64,000 bases of DNA from Promethearchaeota archaeon Loki_b32 (GTDB taxonomy: Archaea; Asgardarchaeota; Lokiarchaeia; Sigyniarchaeales; SOKP01), in NCBI GenBank assembly GCA_005223125.1, contig NJBH01000012.1, positions 32,001 through 96,000 of the forward strand. The letters are read 5' to 3'. The stretch's first letter is position 1. The number at the start of each line of letters is the position of its first letter. The translations under genes were made by a program, and so were the position numbers. Below, in pieces: positions 29,979 through 39,570 of this stretch. The notes beneath the pieces are model-generated. The model searched no databases. It was not told the DNA's origin and saw only the letters and a list, made by a program, of their open reading frames with translations.

Positions 29979-30866
29979 CTAAGATTTTTTACGTTCTTTT
30001 TCAACAAGAGCTTTAGCAAACAAAGCGGCGCCAATTGCTCCTGCAAGTTGGGGGTCAATACTAGGTTCTGGAGCTTTGAGTTTCAACTCATCTTCGATTC
30101 TCTTTACAACTCCAATATTTTTAGCGATACCTCCAGTTATGGCAAACTTCTCTTCTATTCCAAGTCGTAATAACAGTGTTACAACACGATGTGCCATAGC
30201 TGAACAATATGCTGCTAAGACTTTTTCTTTTGGCCAACCTTTTCTAAGCAATCCAACGGCTTCTGATTTGGCAAATACTACACAAGTACTACTAACTGGT
30301 TCAGGTTCTTCTTCAACCTCTAAGGACATTTTTCCTACATCATTAATGTGTACTTGAAGCAAATCTGCAAAAACTTCCATCCCTCTACCTGTTCCTGCTG
30401 CACATTTGTCATTCATGAGGAAAGCAGTTACTTTACCGCGTTGATCACAGCGTATTGCTTTACAATCTTGACCACCCATATCTAACACAGTCCTTATCTC
30501 AGGACCGTAAATAAAGTTTGCACCTCGTGCATGACAAGCTATTTCTGTAATTGCTCGTTTTGCGAACGAAACATTAACTCTTCCATATCCTGTTCCAACA
30601 ATATATTGAATTTTATCTAAAGATAATCCCGTTCCATCAAGTGCCCAATCCATAGCATTATTAGCGCTATCTGGACTATCACTACCAGTTCGCATACTTG
30701 AATAACAATAAATTTTCCCATCAACCATTATTACTGCTTGGGTACTGACTGAGCCAACGTCTACGCCAGCCGATATAATATCAACATCTTTCCAATTAAG
30801 ATCGGGGTTAGTATAACGTGATTCGGTCCATCTCCAATATTCTTTATTTGATTCTGCATTTGACAT
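29979..30866 (-). CDS. bzdQ: Benzoyl-CoA reductase (Bzd-type) subunit Q, ATP-binding
   Basis: N-terminal EYWRWTE extension, GVDVGSVS, TGYGR, EIACHARG, DMGGQD, MNDKCAAGTGR; ATG 30866 after GGAGGT. Confidence 0.92.
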   Translation of the reverse strand: MSNAESNKEYWRWTESRYTNPDLNWKDVDIISAGVDVGSVSTQAVIMVDGKIYCYSSMRTGSDSPDSANNAMDWALDGTGLSLDKIQYIVGTGYGRVNVSFAKRAITEIACHARGANFIYGPEIRTVLDMGGQDCKAIRCDQRGKVTAFLMNDKCAAGTGRGMEVFADLLQVHINDVGKMSLEVEEEPEPVSSTCVVFAKSEAVGLLRKGWPKEKVLAAYCSAMAHRVVTLLLRLGIEEKFAITGGIAKNIGVVKRIEDELKLKAPEPSIDPQLAGAIGAALFAKALVEKERKKS

Positions 30867-30867
30867 A

Positions 30868-31656
30868 TTAATAACCTCCAATTTTATCTTGCGCTACAAG
30901 CGCAGCTCCTAAAGCACTCACATATTCTGGAGCTACCCCATCTTTTGGTACTAAGAGCCCAAAACCTAAGTTTCTGTTCATTGAATCAACAAATCCAATA
31001 TTATTCGCAACTCCGCCTATCAATGCGACATCTTTCTCAATACCTATTTGACGTACCATACTCGTGTTTCTATCCGCAATTGCGTCATGAACAGCTCGAA
31101 TAATGTCTTCTTTAAGAGTTTTTTGGTGAATTAAGGACACTACCTCTGATTCTGCAAAAATTGTACATTGTGCGTTTATAGGAATTTGTTTTGCTGATTT
31201 TAAAGATAATTCTCCCATATTTTCGATATCTACTTCTAATGCTCTTGACATAGCTTCTATAAATGCACCTGCTCCCGCCGCACATTTTTCATTTATTCCA
31301 AAATCTTTAACTTTTCCTTTATCATCGATTTTTATTACTAATCCTTCTTCTGCTCCGATATCAATTATAGTACGAGCTGAAGGGAAGATAGAATAAGTAC
31401 CCCGAGCATCTGCCGTTATCGTAGTGATTGTATTATGGGAAAACTTAATTGCTTCCATCCCTGCTCCTGTAGCAGTAATATGTTCAATTTCTTCACGTTT
31501 AATTCCTGCTTTTTCTAGAGCACTCTTTAATGCTTGTTCTGCTGATTCTTCTTGGTCAAAACCACTTAATACAGAAGCTGTTGATAAAACAACACCTTCT
31601 TTTACAATACATACTTTTGTATTTTTTGAGCCACAATCAATTCCAGCTGTTATCAT
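30868..31656 (-). CDS. bzdP: Benzoyl-CoA reductase (Bzd-type) subunit P, ATP-binding
   Basis: ITAGIDCGSKNTK, DIGAEE, NEKCAAGAGAF, NAQCTIFAESE. Confidence 0.9.
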   Translation of the reverse strand: MITAGIDCGSKNTKVCIVKEGVVLSTASVLSGFDQEESAEQALKSALEKAGIKREEIEHITATGAGMEAIKFSHNTITTITADARGTYSIFPSARTIIDIGAEEGLVIKIDDKGKVKDFGINEKCAAGAGAFIEAMSRALEVDIENMGELSLKSAKQIPINAQCTIFAESEVVSLIHQKTLKEDIIRAVHDAIADRNTSMVRQIGIEKDVALIGGVANNIGFVDSMNRNLGFGLLVPKDGVAPEYVSALGAALVAQDKIGGY

Positions 31657-31703
31657 ATTAAACCATTTTTCATTTTTTGTTTTAAATCATTATTTTTTTA
31701 AAT

Positions 31704-32183
31704 TTAATTATTAACATCATTGAATTTTAATCGATTTAGCAAGAGGACTAATATTAAATCGAAAATCATTAAAATTGGGATAGGAAAGATTATAACAAAT
31801 AAATTATCTCCATCTGAATTCCTAATAAATATTCTAGGTATAGATAATACTAAAGGAACTATCTCACTAATAATACCAATTAAAAAAAATTGTATTTTAT
31901 TATATTTACCAACAATTAGTAGTAAAACATATATTACAAAGACAAGTCTAAAAAAAACAAATTCAAAATAATAAAGAAATGCACTGAAAAATCTTACTGA
32001 ATACCATGCAGGGCTAAGAGGAACTTCCCATATCATTGAAACAATACTGTTTGGGCCCTGTGGAGCAAGATCTATCATAATACCGAAAGGAAGTAAGAAA
32101 ACTCCCAGAATTGTTAAAACACCAATTATTATTAATATATATCTTTTCATGAGATTATTTCTTATCATGTATTTTTTTTCCAA
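31704..32183 (-). CDS. Hypothetical membrane protein (about 4 TM) within the bzd operon
   Basis: Hydrophobic 159-aa ORF co-oriented and tightly spaced between bzdO and bzdP. Confidence 0.6.
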   Translation of the reverse strand: MEKKYMIRNNLMKRYILIIIGVLTILGVFLLPFGIMIDLAPQGPNSIVSMIWEVPLSPAWYSVRFFSAFLYYFEFVFFRLVFVIYVLLLIVGKYNKIQFFLIGIISEIVPLVLSIPRIFIRNSDGDNLFVIIFPIPILMIFDLILVLLLNRLKFNDVNN

Positions 32184-32194
32184 TATTACTCTAT

Positions 32195-33511
32195 TTATTT
32201 CAAATCAATTTTTTCTATCTCTAATGATTCCATAAAAGCATCTACACGCTTCATAGTTCGCTCAAGATCGAATTCTCTCTCATCTCCCATGTTTCCTTCA
32301 AATGGCATTGTTGGAATCCCAGATTGTTGAATCGCTAAACGATTTTCCGCAATTCCAAGACTTAATCCTTCACATCCCCTATTAAAATGAAGAAAAACTC
32401 CATCTAGTTTCCATTCATTGGCGATCCGAATCATCATATCAGATTTGAGTTTTGGATGGTAAAAGTGTTGCCATTCTGGTTTACTCAAATTCCAATCTGC
32501 GAGAGCTCGTAGTGCTTCATCTCGATTAGTTATCTCAATATCAGGAATCGTCTTTGGACCCCAGGAACCATCTTCTTTATCTTCCCATAATCCTATAAGG
32601 CCAAAAGTGTAAAGACTCCCTATAGAAACGCAACCATAATGCTCTAAATAGCGAAAAATTCTTAAAAAAGCCCATGGAGGTTGAGTATCCGTCATAATTC
32701 GACATCGCTCATTTCCAACAGCAGCTATGCCTCTCTCGACACGATCCTTTACTTCTGGATATAGCTCTTTTTCATAGAAATCTGCTGCCCATTGAGCTGA
32801 TTTTCTTAACGTCCCCAAAACATATAAAGAATACATAGATTTCTCGTCTAAAGGAGCAGGGATTGCTTTATTAAGTTCACATATTGCAGCCCAATAATGG
32901 CATGATCGGAATTCATTTTTAACTGCTTTAATTAAGAGTTCATCATCATAATCTCTTCCTGTGATCTTTTCAAGCCATTTAATTCCATCATGCATCTGAC
33001 CAACAATATAGTTGATCTTATGTTCTGTTCGTTCTTCATATGGACCTACTGAAACATCAATTGAAAACATTGGAATCCCTCCTTCGAGGTCACTTGCTAC
33101 TTGATACCACTTAGCATGGGAACAACAAATATGATCTTGCCAGATGAAATCAGGCTTGGGAAATTCTTCGGAGAATTGTGGCCACGCATATTTATTTATA
33201 AGAATAGATCCCCAATAATTTCGCATATAAGAACAGAGATCTCGTGCAAACCCCTTTGCTTCAGCTGCTTCCTGACATTCTAAGGCTAATTTATCATTGA
33301 ATGCAACAGTAGCACCATAAGGTTCTCCCGTCAATGAATATATATCCTCTCCTAAACCAGCAGGAATTGCATCAAAACTCCATGCACCTCCGGCCCATCG
33401 GAGTCCACCCTTATCATGAGCCTCAGCAAAATCTCTATAATAATTCTCTCTGAGAATTTTAGCATTATTCCAACACTTTAATGGTTCCATTGGATATTTT
33501 GTTTCTGTCAT
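32195..33511 (-). CDS. bzdO: Benzoyl-CoA reductase (Bzd-type) subunit O
   Basis: [54 protein letters not shown]. Confidence 0.92.
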   Translation of the reverse strand: MTETKYPMEPLKCWNNAKILRENYYRDFAEAHDKGGLRWAGGAWSFDAIPAGLGEDIYSLTGEPYGATVAFNDKLALECQEAAEAKGFARDLCSYMRNYWGSILINKYAWPQFSEEFPKPDFIWQDHICCSHAKWYQVASDLEGGIPMFSIDVSVGPYEERTEHKINYIVGQMHDGIKWLEKITGRDYDDELLIKAVKNEFRSCHYWAAICELNKAIPAPLDEKSMYSLYVLGTLRKSAQWAADFYEKELYPEVKDRVERGIAAVGNERCRIMTDTQPPWAFLRIFRYLEHYGCVSIGSLYTFGLIGLWEDKEDGSWGPKTIPDIEITNRDEALRALADWNLSKPEWQHFYHPKLKSDMMIRIANEWKLDGVFLHFNRGCEGLSLGIAENRLAIQQSGIPTMPFEGNMGDEREFDLERTMKRVDAFMESLEIEKIDLK

Positions 33512-33522
33512 TTTTATACCTC

Positions 33523-34662
33523 CTAAAAAAGATCCTCCTCTCTTAATATTTCTAAAAACGCCTCAACACGCGTTTTAAATTGACCAATTGGTACGGTAAC
33601 ATCAAATTCAAGGAATATTGTAGGAACTCCAACATCATTCTCTAAGGCTTTCTTGATTGCAGGGGTGTCCAATTCGTGTGGGTCGCAAAACTTCATTTGC
33701 ATAACGATAGCTCCTTGTATATCATATTCCTTTGCTAATTTAACAATGTGGTCTACCCGTGTTCTTTCAGGCCAGTCTTTGCTCGGACAGGGTATACGTT
33801 TTACATATCGTTCTGCGATTGATGCTAATGCATCTCCATTTGTATTTACTTCTTCATAAAAATATCGAGTACCAGTACAATGTTCATCAATAACAATTCT
33901 CGAACCTAAATCCTCAACCATGGCTATAAATTTAGTATCATCGTCCTCAGAGCCTAATATCATAAGTCGTTCACCAGGTTCATCTAAACTTCTTGAGGGA
34001 AGCTTTTCTAAAAGTTCTACTAAAGCTTTATTATGTTCTCGTTTATCAACCATCTGGGAAGATACTACCATAATCATTGCTTCAAGCCCCGTCAATGGTG
34101 GATTTGGCTGTTTTCTAAGCTCATATACTTGCTGTAAAAGCCGTCTATTAGTATTCATAATCTCAATTCCTCGTTTGAGATCCTCTTCAGTAATTTCTTT
34201 TCCTGTCCATTCTTCAACTGCTTTCTTGAATTCTTTTAGCTCCTCTGTTAAATAAGGAATCGCTCGAGGGCTCTGAATGTGCATTGGATGTGTTAAATAA
34301 TATGTAAAGTCCACAGGAATATGAAGATCCCAGCTAGTAAAAGTTTGTCTAATATGGAGACAACTTTGAGCAATTGTAATTCCATCTAGATAATCAAATC
34401 TACCCTTTAATCCCTGCGCTAAACAATCACGGCAGAAAGGGCAAAACATAGCAAAAATATGCGGTTCAGAGACATCTTGTGGCTCGTGACTACCCAATAT
34501 CCTTACTGGTAGAATATCAGCAGCATAGAGGATTTCTTCAGGTACATATGTACAGAAAGTTCCTATTACTTTACCACCAGTACGTTCTTTCCATTTTTTC
34601 GCATATTCATGACGGTTTTCATACCAGTCTTTAAATTGTTCAAACACACTTATTGCCTCCAT
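33523..34662 (-). CDS. bzdN: Benzoyl-CoA reductase (Bzd-type) subunit N
   Basis: [46 protein letters not shown]. Confidence 0.92.
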   Translation of the reverse strand: MEAISVFEQFKDWYENRHEYAKKWKERTGGKVIGTFCTYVPEEILYAADILPVRILGSHEPQDVSEPHIFAMFCPFCRDCLAQGLKGRFDYLDGITIAQSCLHIRQTFTSWDLHIPVDFTYYLTHPMHIQSPRAIPYLTEELKEFKKAVEEWTGKEITEEDLKRGIEIMNTNRRLLQQVYELRKQPNPPLTGLEAMIMVVSSQMVDKREHNKALVELLEKLPSRSLDEPGERLMILGSEDDDTKFIAMVEDLGSRIVIDEHCTGTRYFYEEVNTNGDALASIAERYVKRIPCPSKDWPERTRVDHIVKLAKEYDIQGAIVMQMKFCDPHELDTPAIKKALENDVGVPTIFLEFDVTVPIGQFKTRVEAFLEILREEDLF

Positions 34663-34771
34663 TTATACTGATTCTATAATAATTATCATAATAAACCATT
34701 TTAATTCAAATATCCCCTTGATTCATTCTATTTTGGAAAGTTAAAAGTAAATTAAAAATTTTATTAAACCT

Positions 34772-35818
34772 CTATTTTTGACATAATATTAATATCCTAA
34801 TTCCTTCTCCCTTACGCATAACTTCAAAAGCTTCATTTATTTCTGAAAGTGGGAATTTGTGGGTAATTAACGGTTTAAGCTGAAGTGAACCATTTTTTAC
34901 CAAGTCTATAATATGTGGATAATCAACGGGACGGCAACCAAGGCTTCCCATTATTTCCATTTCTCGAAACATTACACGACCGATATCGAACCCATCCCAA
35001 CGTTTGGGTGAATATCCTACAGCAACCAGACGACCTCCAGTTCGCAAACTATTAAATGCTTGTTTCATTGTTGCGGGATGTCCAATTGCTTCAAATGCTA
35101 TATCTGCTCCACCTCTTGTTATTTTTCGAATAGCTCCAACAATTTCTCTCTCATCCATACCTTTTGCTAAAACAGTTTCTACAGCTCCAATTTGTTTAGC
35201 AATCTCTAGCTTTTTTGGGATAATATCGACAGCTATAGGCAAACCACCTGCAGCTTTTACATTTTGCACCACATTCAAACCAATCCCACCACAACCTATA
35301 ACAACTACCCAATCGCCAGGTCTTACTTGACCTCGATTTTTTACAGCATGATAAGGTGTTGAGACTGCATCTGAAATGATACAACTTTCTTCTAATGACA
35401 TTTCAGTGGGGAGGTGGACTACATCTTTTATAGGAACCTTAATTTGTTCTGCAAATCCCCCATCAATATGATTACCAAGCATTATTTGATTAAGACATAT
35501 ATTTTCTCTACCAGTTCTACAATTAACACAATAACCACAGGAAAGCACAGCGGGAATAATAACATGATCCCCTTCTTTGAAGGTACTTACATCATCACTT
35601 ACATCTTTAATACGTCCTGAGATTTCATGCCCTAAAATAAGAGGTGGCTGTTTAACTGTTGGTACACCATGTTCTAAATAACCAAAATCAGTATGACAAA
35701 CACCACATGCTTCTATTTCTATTATAGTTTGACCCATTTCACCAGAAATATTTGGGTCAGGATAATTATCATCTAGTTTTAAAGGCTCCTTAACCTTTTC
35801 AAAAACTGCTGCTTTCAT
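34772..35818 (-). CDS. had: 6-hydroxycyclohex-1-ene-1-carbonyl-CoA dehydrogenase (Zn-ADH family; BzdX/Had)
   Basis: CGVCHTD, GHEISG, CGYCVNCRTG..C, DAVSTPY; context between dch and bzdN. Confidence 0.82.
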   Translation of the reverse strand: MKAAVFEKVKEPLKLDDNYPDPNISGEMGQTIIEIEACGVCHTDFGYLEHGVPTVKQPPLILGHEISGRIKDVSDDVSTFKEGDHVIIPAVLSCGYCVNCRTGRENICLNQIMLGNHIDGGFAEQIKVPIKDVVHLPTEMSLEESCIISDAVSTPYHAVKNRGQVRPGDWVVVIGCGGIGLNVVQNVKAAGGLPIAVDIIPKKLEIAKQIGAVETVLAKGMDEREIVGAIRKITRGGADIAFEAIGHPATMKQAFNSLRTGGRLVAVGYSPKRWDGFDIGRVMFREMEIMGSLGCRPVDYPHIIDLVKNGSLQLKPLITHKFPLSEINEAFEVMRKGEGIRILILCQK

Positions 35819-35886
35819 CTTAAATTCCTACAATTTGTTTTATTTTTATTATAATTTAAACCTAATTCTTATTAAATTTAATTAAA

Positions 35887-36654
35887 TTAACGATTCTGCC
35901 AATTGGGTGACCGTTTCTCTAAGAATGCTTGTAAACCTTCATTCGCATCATGCGTAGACATTAATTCTTTAAGATAAAATTCTTCGATTTCATCTAATTG
36001 CGTATCAAAATCGATTCCTAAAGCTTTGTTGAATGCTTTTTTAGTGTATTGTAAAATAATGGCGCTGATATCATTAAAAGATTCAATAAATTTAGTAAAA
36101 TCCTGCTCATATGATTCAAGTGGGAAAATATGATTAGAAATCCCAAGTCTATATGCCTCATCAGCATCAATTATATCACCTAGCATGATAAGTTCAAAAG
36201 CCTTTTTATTTCCAATGATTTGGGGAAAAGCCAATACGGCAATGGGTGGAATTACACCTACTTTTATTTCGGGTTGCCCAAATTTTGCTTTATCTGAGGT
36301 GAGTACAATATCACAGAATATGGCAATTTCACAACCTCCACCAAGAGCAGCTCCTTTAATGCTTGCAATTGTTGGACATTTTAGTTTATTAAGCTTTCTG
36401 AAAATTCCATGAAATTCCTTTATCATTTTGGGGGCTTTATCACCCATATGATCATCAATATCAACTCCCGCTGAAAATGCTTTTCCATTATGATCAAAAA
36501 TTACTGCCTTTAATGATTGATCTTCGAGAAAACCTTCAAGAGCTTTATTAATCTGCTCCATCATACCTATTGTTAAGATATTTAATGGACCATTGTTGAA
36601 TATTATCTTTCCAATATTATTGGTTTTTTCGACTATAATTAAATCATTTATCAA
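35887..36654 (-). CDS. dch: Cyclohexa-1,5-dienecarbonyl-CoA hydratase (crotonase family; BzdW/Dch)
   Basis: AFSAGVD, LGGGCE, GQPEIKVGV, LMSTHDANEGL; context. Confidence 0.82.
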   Translation of the reverse strand: MINDLIIVEKTNNIGKIIFNNGPLNILTIGMMEQINKALEGFLEDQSLKAVIFDHNGKAFSAGVDIDDHMGDKAPKMIKEFHGIFRKLNKLKCPTIASIKGAALGGGCEIAIFCDIVLTSDKAKFGQPEIKVGVIPPIAVLAFPQIIGNKKAFELIMLGDIIDADEAYRLGISNHIFPLESYEQDFTKFIESFNDISAIILQYTKKAFNKALGIDFDTQLDEIEEFYLKELMSTHDANEGLQAFLEKRSPNWQNR

Positions 36655-36742
36655 TTTATATCATCCAATATAGCTATTATTTTCTTTTATACTACTTCTT
36701 TCCTATTTTTTCTAAAATAAAAAAAATTTTATATTTATACTA

Positions 36743-37711
36743 TTATTCGAGTTTAGCTCCACATTTACCACAAAACTTGAAATCAGAAGGTATATTCTTA
36801 GCTTGGCATGAAGGGCATGTCACGGAAGGTGGTCCCCATAAAAATTCGGGATGAGGACTTTCTCGTACACCTCTATAGTTTGGAGGGCGTTTTTCTACAA
36901 ATGCAGACATTCCTTCAAGTGGCTCCCATGAAGTATAATGAATTGACAACCAATCTTTTGCATGTCCAATTGTTTGGTGCCAAACAAAATCTTTCCAGAA
37001 ATTAACTTGTTGTTTTGTATACCTCATACATTCTGGGAATTTATCAATAAGCTTCTGACAATATTTATCAATTTCATCATCTAATTCTGCATATGGTACA
37101 ACAGAATTTACTAAACCCCATTCTAATGCTTTTTCTGCTGAGATTGGTTCACACAGAAATAAGATTTCTCTTGCTCGGCGATCACCAACTATAATGGGTA
37201 ACCATTGAGTAGCACCACCACAAGCAACAGATCCTACTCTTGTCCCTACTTGTTGAATAGTGGCATGATCTGCAGCTACAGCTAAATCACAAGCCATTTG
37301 CCATTCATTACCACCGCCAGCAACGATACCATTAATTCTAGCTATAGTAGGTTTACCGATATTACGGAAAATATCATGAGCTTCTTGAAAAATACACATC
37401 CATTTCCAATATTCAGCAGGTTGGACGGTAAATCTCTCTCTATACTCTTTTACATCGCCTCCCGTACAAAAAGCTTTATCTCCTGCTCCTGTTAAGATTA
37501 TAACTGCAACTTTATTATCCCACGCGGCATCATGAAAAGCCTCAATCATTTCCATTAATGTAAGGGTTGAATATGCATTGTATACTTCTGGGCGATTAAT
37601 TGTGACAGTTGCTTTCCAATCTTTCTTTTCATAAAGTATTTCTTTAAAATCAAATTCTTTTGGATCCTTAGGAGTAAAATTTGGTTCTTTTGTATAAGTC
37701 ATTACTATCAC
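36743..37711 (-). CDS. oah: 6-oxocyclohex-1-ene-1-carbonyl-CoA hydrolase (BzdY/Oah) with C-terminal Zn ribbon
   Basis: YNAY, AFCTGGDVKEY, GSVACGGATQWLP, RYTKQQVNFWKD; C-terminal CPSC...CGKCG. Confidence 0.82.
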   Translation of the reverse strand: MIVMTYTKEPNFTPKDPKEFDFKEILYEKKDWKATVTINRPEVYNAYSTLTLMEMIEAFHDAAWDNKVAVIILTGAGDKAFCTGGDVKEYRERFTVQPAEYWKWMCIFQEAHDIFRNIGKPTIARINGIVAGGGNEWQMACDLAVAADHATIQQVGTRVGSVACGGATQWLPIIVGDRRAREILFLCEPISAEKALEWGLVNSVVPYAELDDEIDKYCQKLIDKFPECMRYTKQQVNFWKDFVWHQTIGHAKDWLSIHYTSWEPLEGMSAFVEKRPPNYRGVRESPHPEFLWGPPSVTCPSCQAKNIPSDFKFCGKCGAKLE

Positions 37712-37801
37712 ATCTATACTTGATTTTTTTGATTTCTTTTATTTTTATTATTATTCTTAGATAATTTTACAAATTAATTTAAAATTTGTTAATAGAAAAC
37801 G

Positions 37802-37827
37802 TTTAGTGGGAATAAAATTCCACTAAA
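37802..37827. promoter_or_regulatory. Palindromic candidate operator in the divergent promoter of the bzd operon
   Basis: TTTAGTGG-N10-CCACTAAA, perfect 8-bp arms. Confidence 0.5.
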
Positions 37828-37934
37828 AGCGTATTTCAGATGGAATATGAAAAAGAGTAAGATTTAAACTGAACATTAACATAATATCTAATGTTAGATT
37901 CGAAAAAGAAAATAAAGAATGAGACAGAATAACT

Positions 37935-38216
37935 GTGGTTTCAGAAAAAGAAAAAAGTGAAGAAAATAAGGATCTAAATGTTCCACCTAGAGGAAAAGAA
38001 TGGGAGAGGGGATTCACAGTCGAAGAAAATAGAGTAGCTGAATATGTAGAATTGTATGAGTCAATTGGTTATGAAGTACGCGTTGAGTCTGCTACCCCTG
38101 ATGACCAGGAGGAGTGTCAAACATGTTTTAAAACTGATTTTGATAATTTACGAACAATCTATATAAAGCGAAAAGAAAATAGAGAAAATGAAAAGGATCT
38201 AGAAGAATTAATGTAG
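37935..38216 (+). CDS. Small CxxC protein divergent from the bzd operon
   Basis: WERGF...RVAEYVELYESIGYEVRVE...CQTC...IYIKR; protein-like composition. Confidence 0.65.
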   Translation: MVSEKEKSEENKDLNVPPRGKEWERGFTVEENRVAEYVELYESIGYEVRVESATPDDQEECQTCFKTDFDNLRTIYIKRKENRENEKDLEELM

Positions 38217-38227
38217 TTTAACTTGAA

Positions 38228-39484
38228 TTATACATCAAAAGCCCATTCTCCCTTTCGCATGATTGCTTCAACCGTACCATCTTCAATAATTCCATCAACA
38301 TCCATCTCTCCTGAGCCAATCATAAAATCGATATGGGTAAGACTAATGTTTCCCCCGGCAGTCATAAATTCTTCATCAGACATCTTGTCGCCATTTTCTA
38401 AGCAAGGTTTATAAGCCTTTCCAAGAGCAATATGACAAGAAGCGTTCTCATCGATTAATACATTATAAAAGAGTAAATTAGATTGTGAGATGGGTGAACT
38501 ATGCGGCACTAGTGCAATTTCACCTAAATAACTTGCGCCTTCATCTATTTCAAATACTTTATCCAACATTTCTTTACCTTTTTTAGCAGTTGCACTTACT
38601 ACACGTCCCTTAGAAAAAGTCAAAGTAAAATCCTCAATTATAATACTAAGAGGGAGGGGTTTTGTAGCAGTTACAATTCCTTCTGTCATATCTCTATGAG
38701 GTACGGTAGCGATCTCCTCTGTAGGTATATTTGGAATAAAATCAATCCCATTCTGTGATTTTTCACGACCTCCAACCCAAATATGCCCTTTAGGTAAGCC
38801 AATCGTTAAATCAGTACCTGGACCATTCAATTTCAAAGCTGTATACTGTTTATGATTTAAATATTTGGACCTTGCGAGGAGTTGGTTAACATGATCATTC
38901 CAAGCTAAAACTGGGTCTTTTTGCTTCACGCGACAGATATCAAATATTTTATCCCATAATTTGGCTTTTCGGTTGTTAGGAGGGAGATCAGGGAAGACTT
39001 TATTGGCCCATCCCTCAACAGGTGCGGAAATTATTACCCAATTCGTCACATTTTTCATAATTAATTCACTAACAGGCTTATAGTGTTTTAAAGCTGTCCG
39101 TTCTACAATTGTCATTAGTTCGAGATCTTGATCAATTAGTAAATCGGGATCAAAGGCATCTATAGTAAGTTTAGCATCACCTTTTTGTGTGAACTCTAGA
39201 GACGCATCTCTTCTCCATGTTGAAAATTCTTCAAAAGAATCCCGAGATGCATGTTGAAGCCTTATTAAATATAATTGAGGATCATTCCAAAATACTTCAA
39301 CAAATCTAGCACCTATTTGATATGCCTTCCTCACAAGTAATCTGACAAATGGGGCTAATTCAAAAATAGGTGTACTAAAATCAAAAGGTTGAATTAATAA
39401 CCGTTGCCCTGGTTGTAAATTAAGACCTACTTTTAAAATTACTTCAGCATACTTTTCTAAATTCTGTTCAAATTCTGATGACAT
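38228..39484 (-). CDS. M29 aminopeptidase (AmpS/PepS family), copy 3
   Basis: NIPTEE, GEIALV, DENASCHIALG, HIDFM metal ligands. Confidence 0.93.
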   Translation of the reverse strand: MSSEFEQNLEKYAEVILKVGLNLQPGQRLLIQPFDFSTPIFELAPFVRLLVRKAYQIGARFVEVFWNDPQLYLIRLQHASRDSFEEFSTWRRDASLEFTQKGDAKLTIDAFDPDLLIDQDLELMTIVERTALKHYKPVSELIMKNVTNWVIISAPVEGWANKVFPDLPPNNRKAKLWDKIFDICRVKQKDPVLAWNDHVNQLLARSKYLNHKQYTALKLNGPGTDLTIGLPKGHIWVGGREKSQNGIDFIPNIPTEEIATVPHRDMTEGIVTATKPLPLSIIIEDFTLTFSKGRVVSATAKKGKEMLDKVFEIDEGASYLGEIALVPHSSPISQSNLLFYNVLIDENASCHIALGKAYKPCLENGDKMSDEEFMTAGGNISLTHIDFMIGSGEMDVDGIIEDGTVEAIMRKGEWAFDV

Positions 39485-39570
39485 TGGATTTTCATTTAAA
39501 TTTTTGAATTTAATTAATTATACTGGATTATATTTACTATATTAAAGTTTTACATTTCAACTATTTCAAG

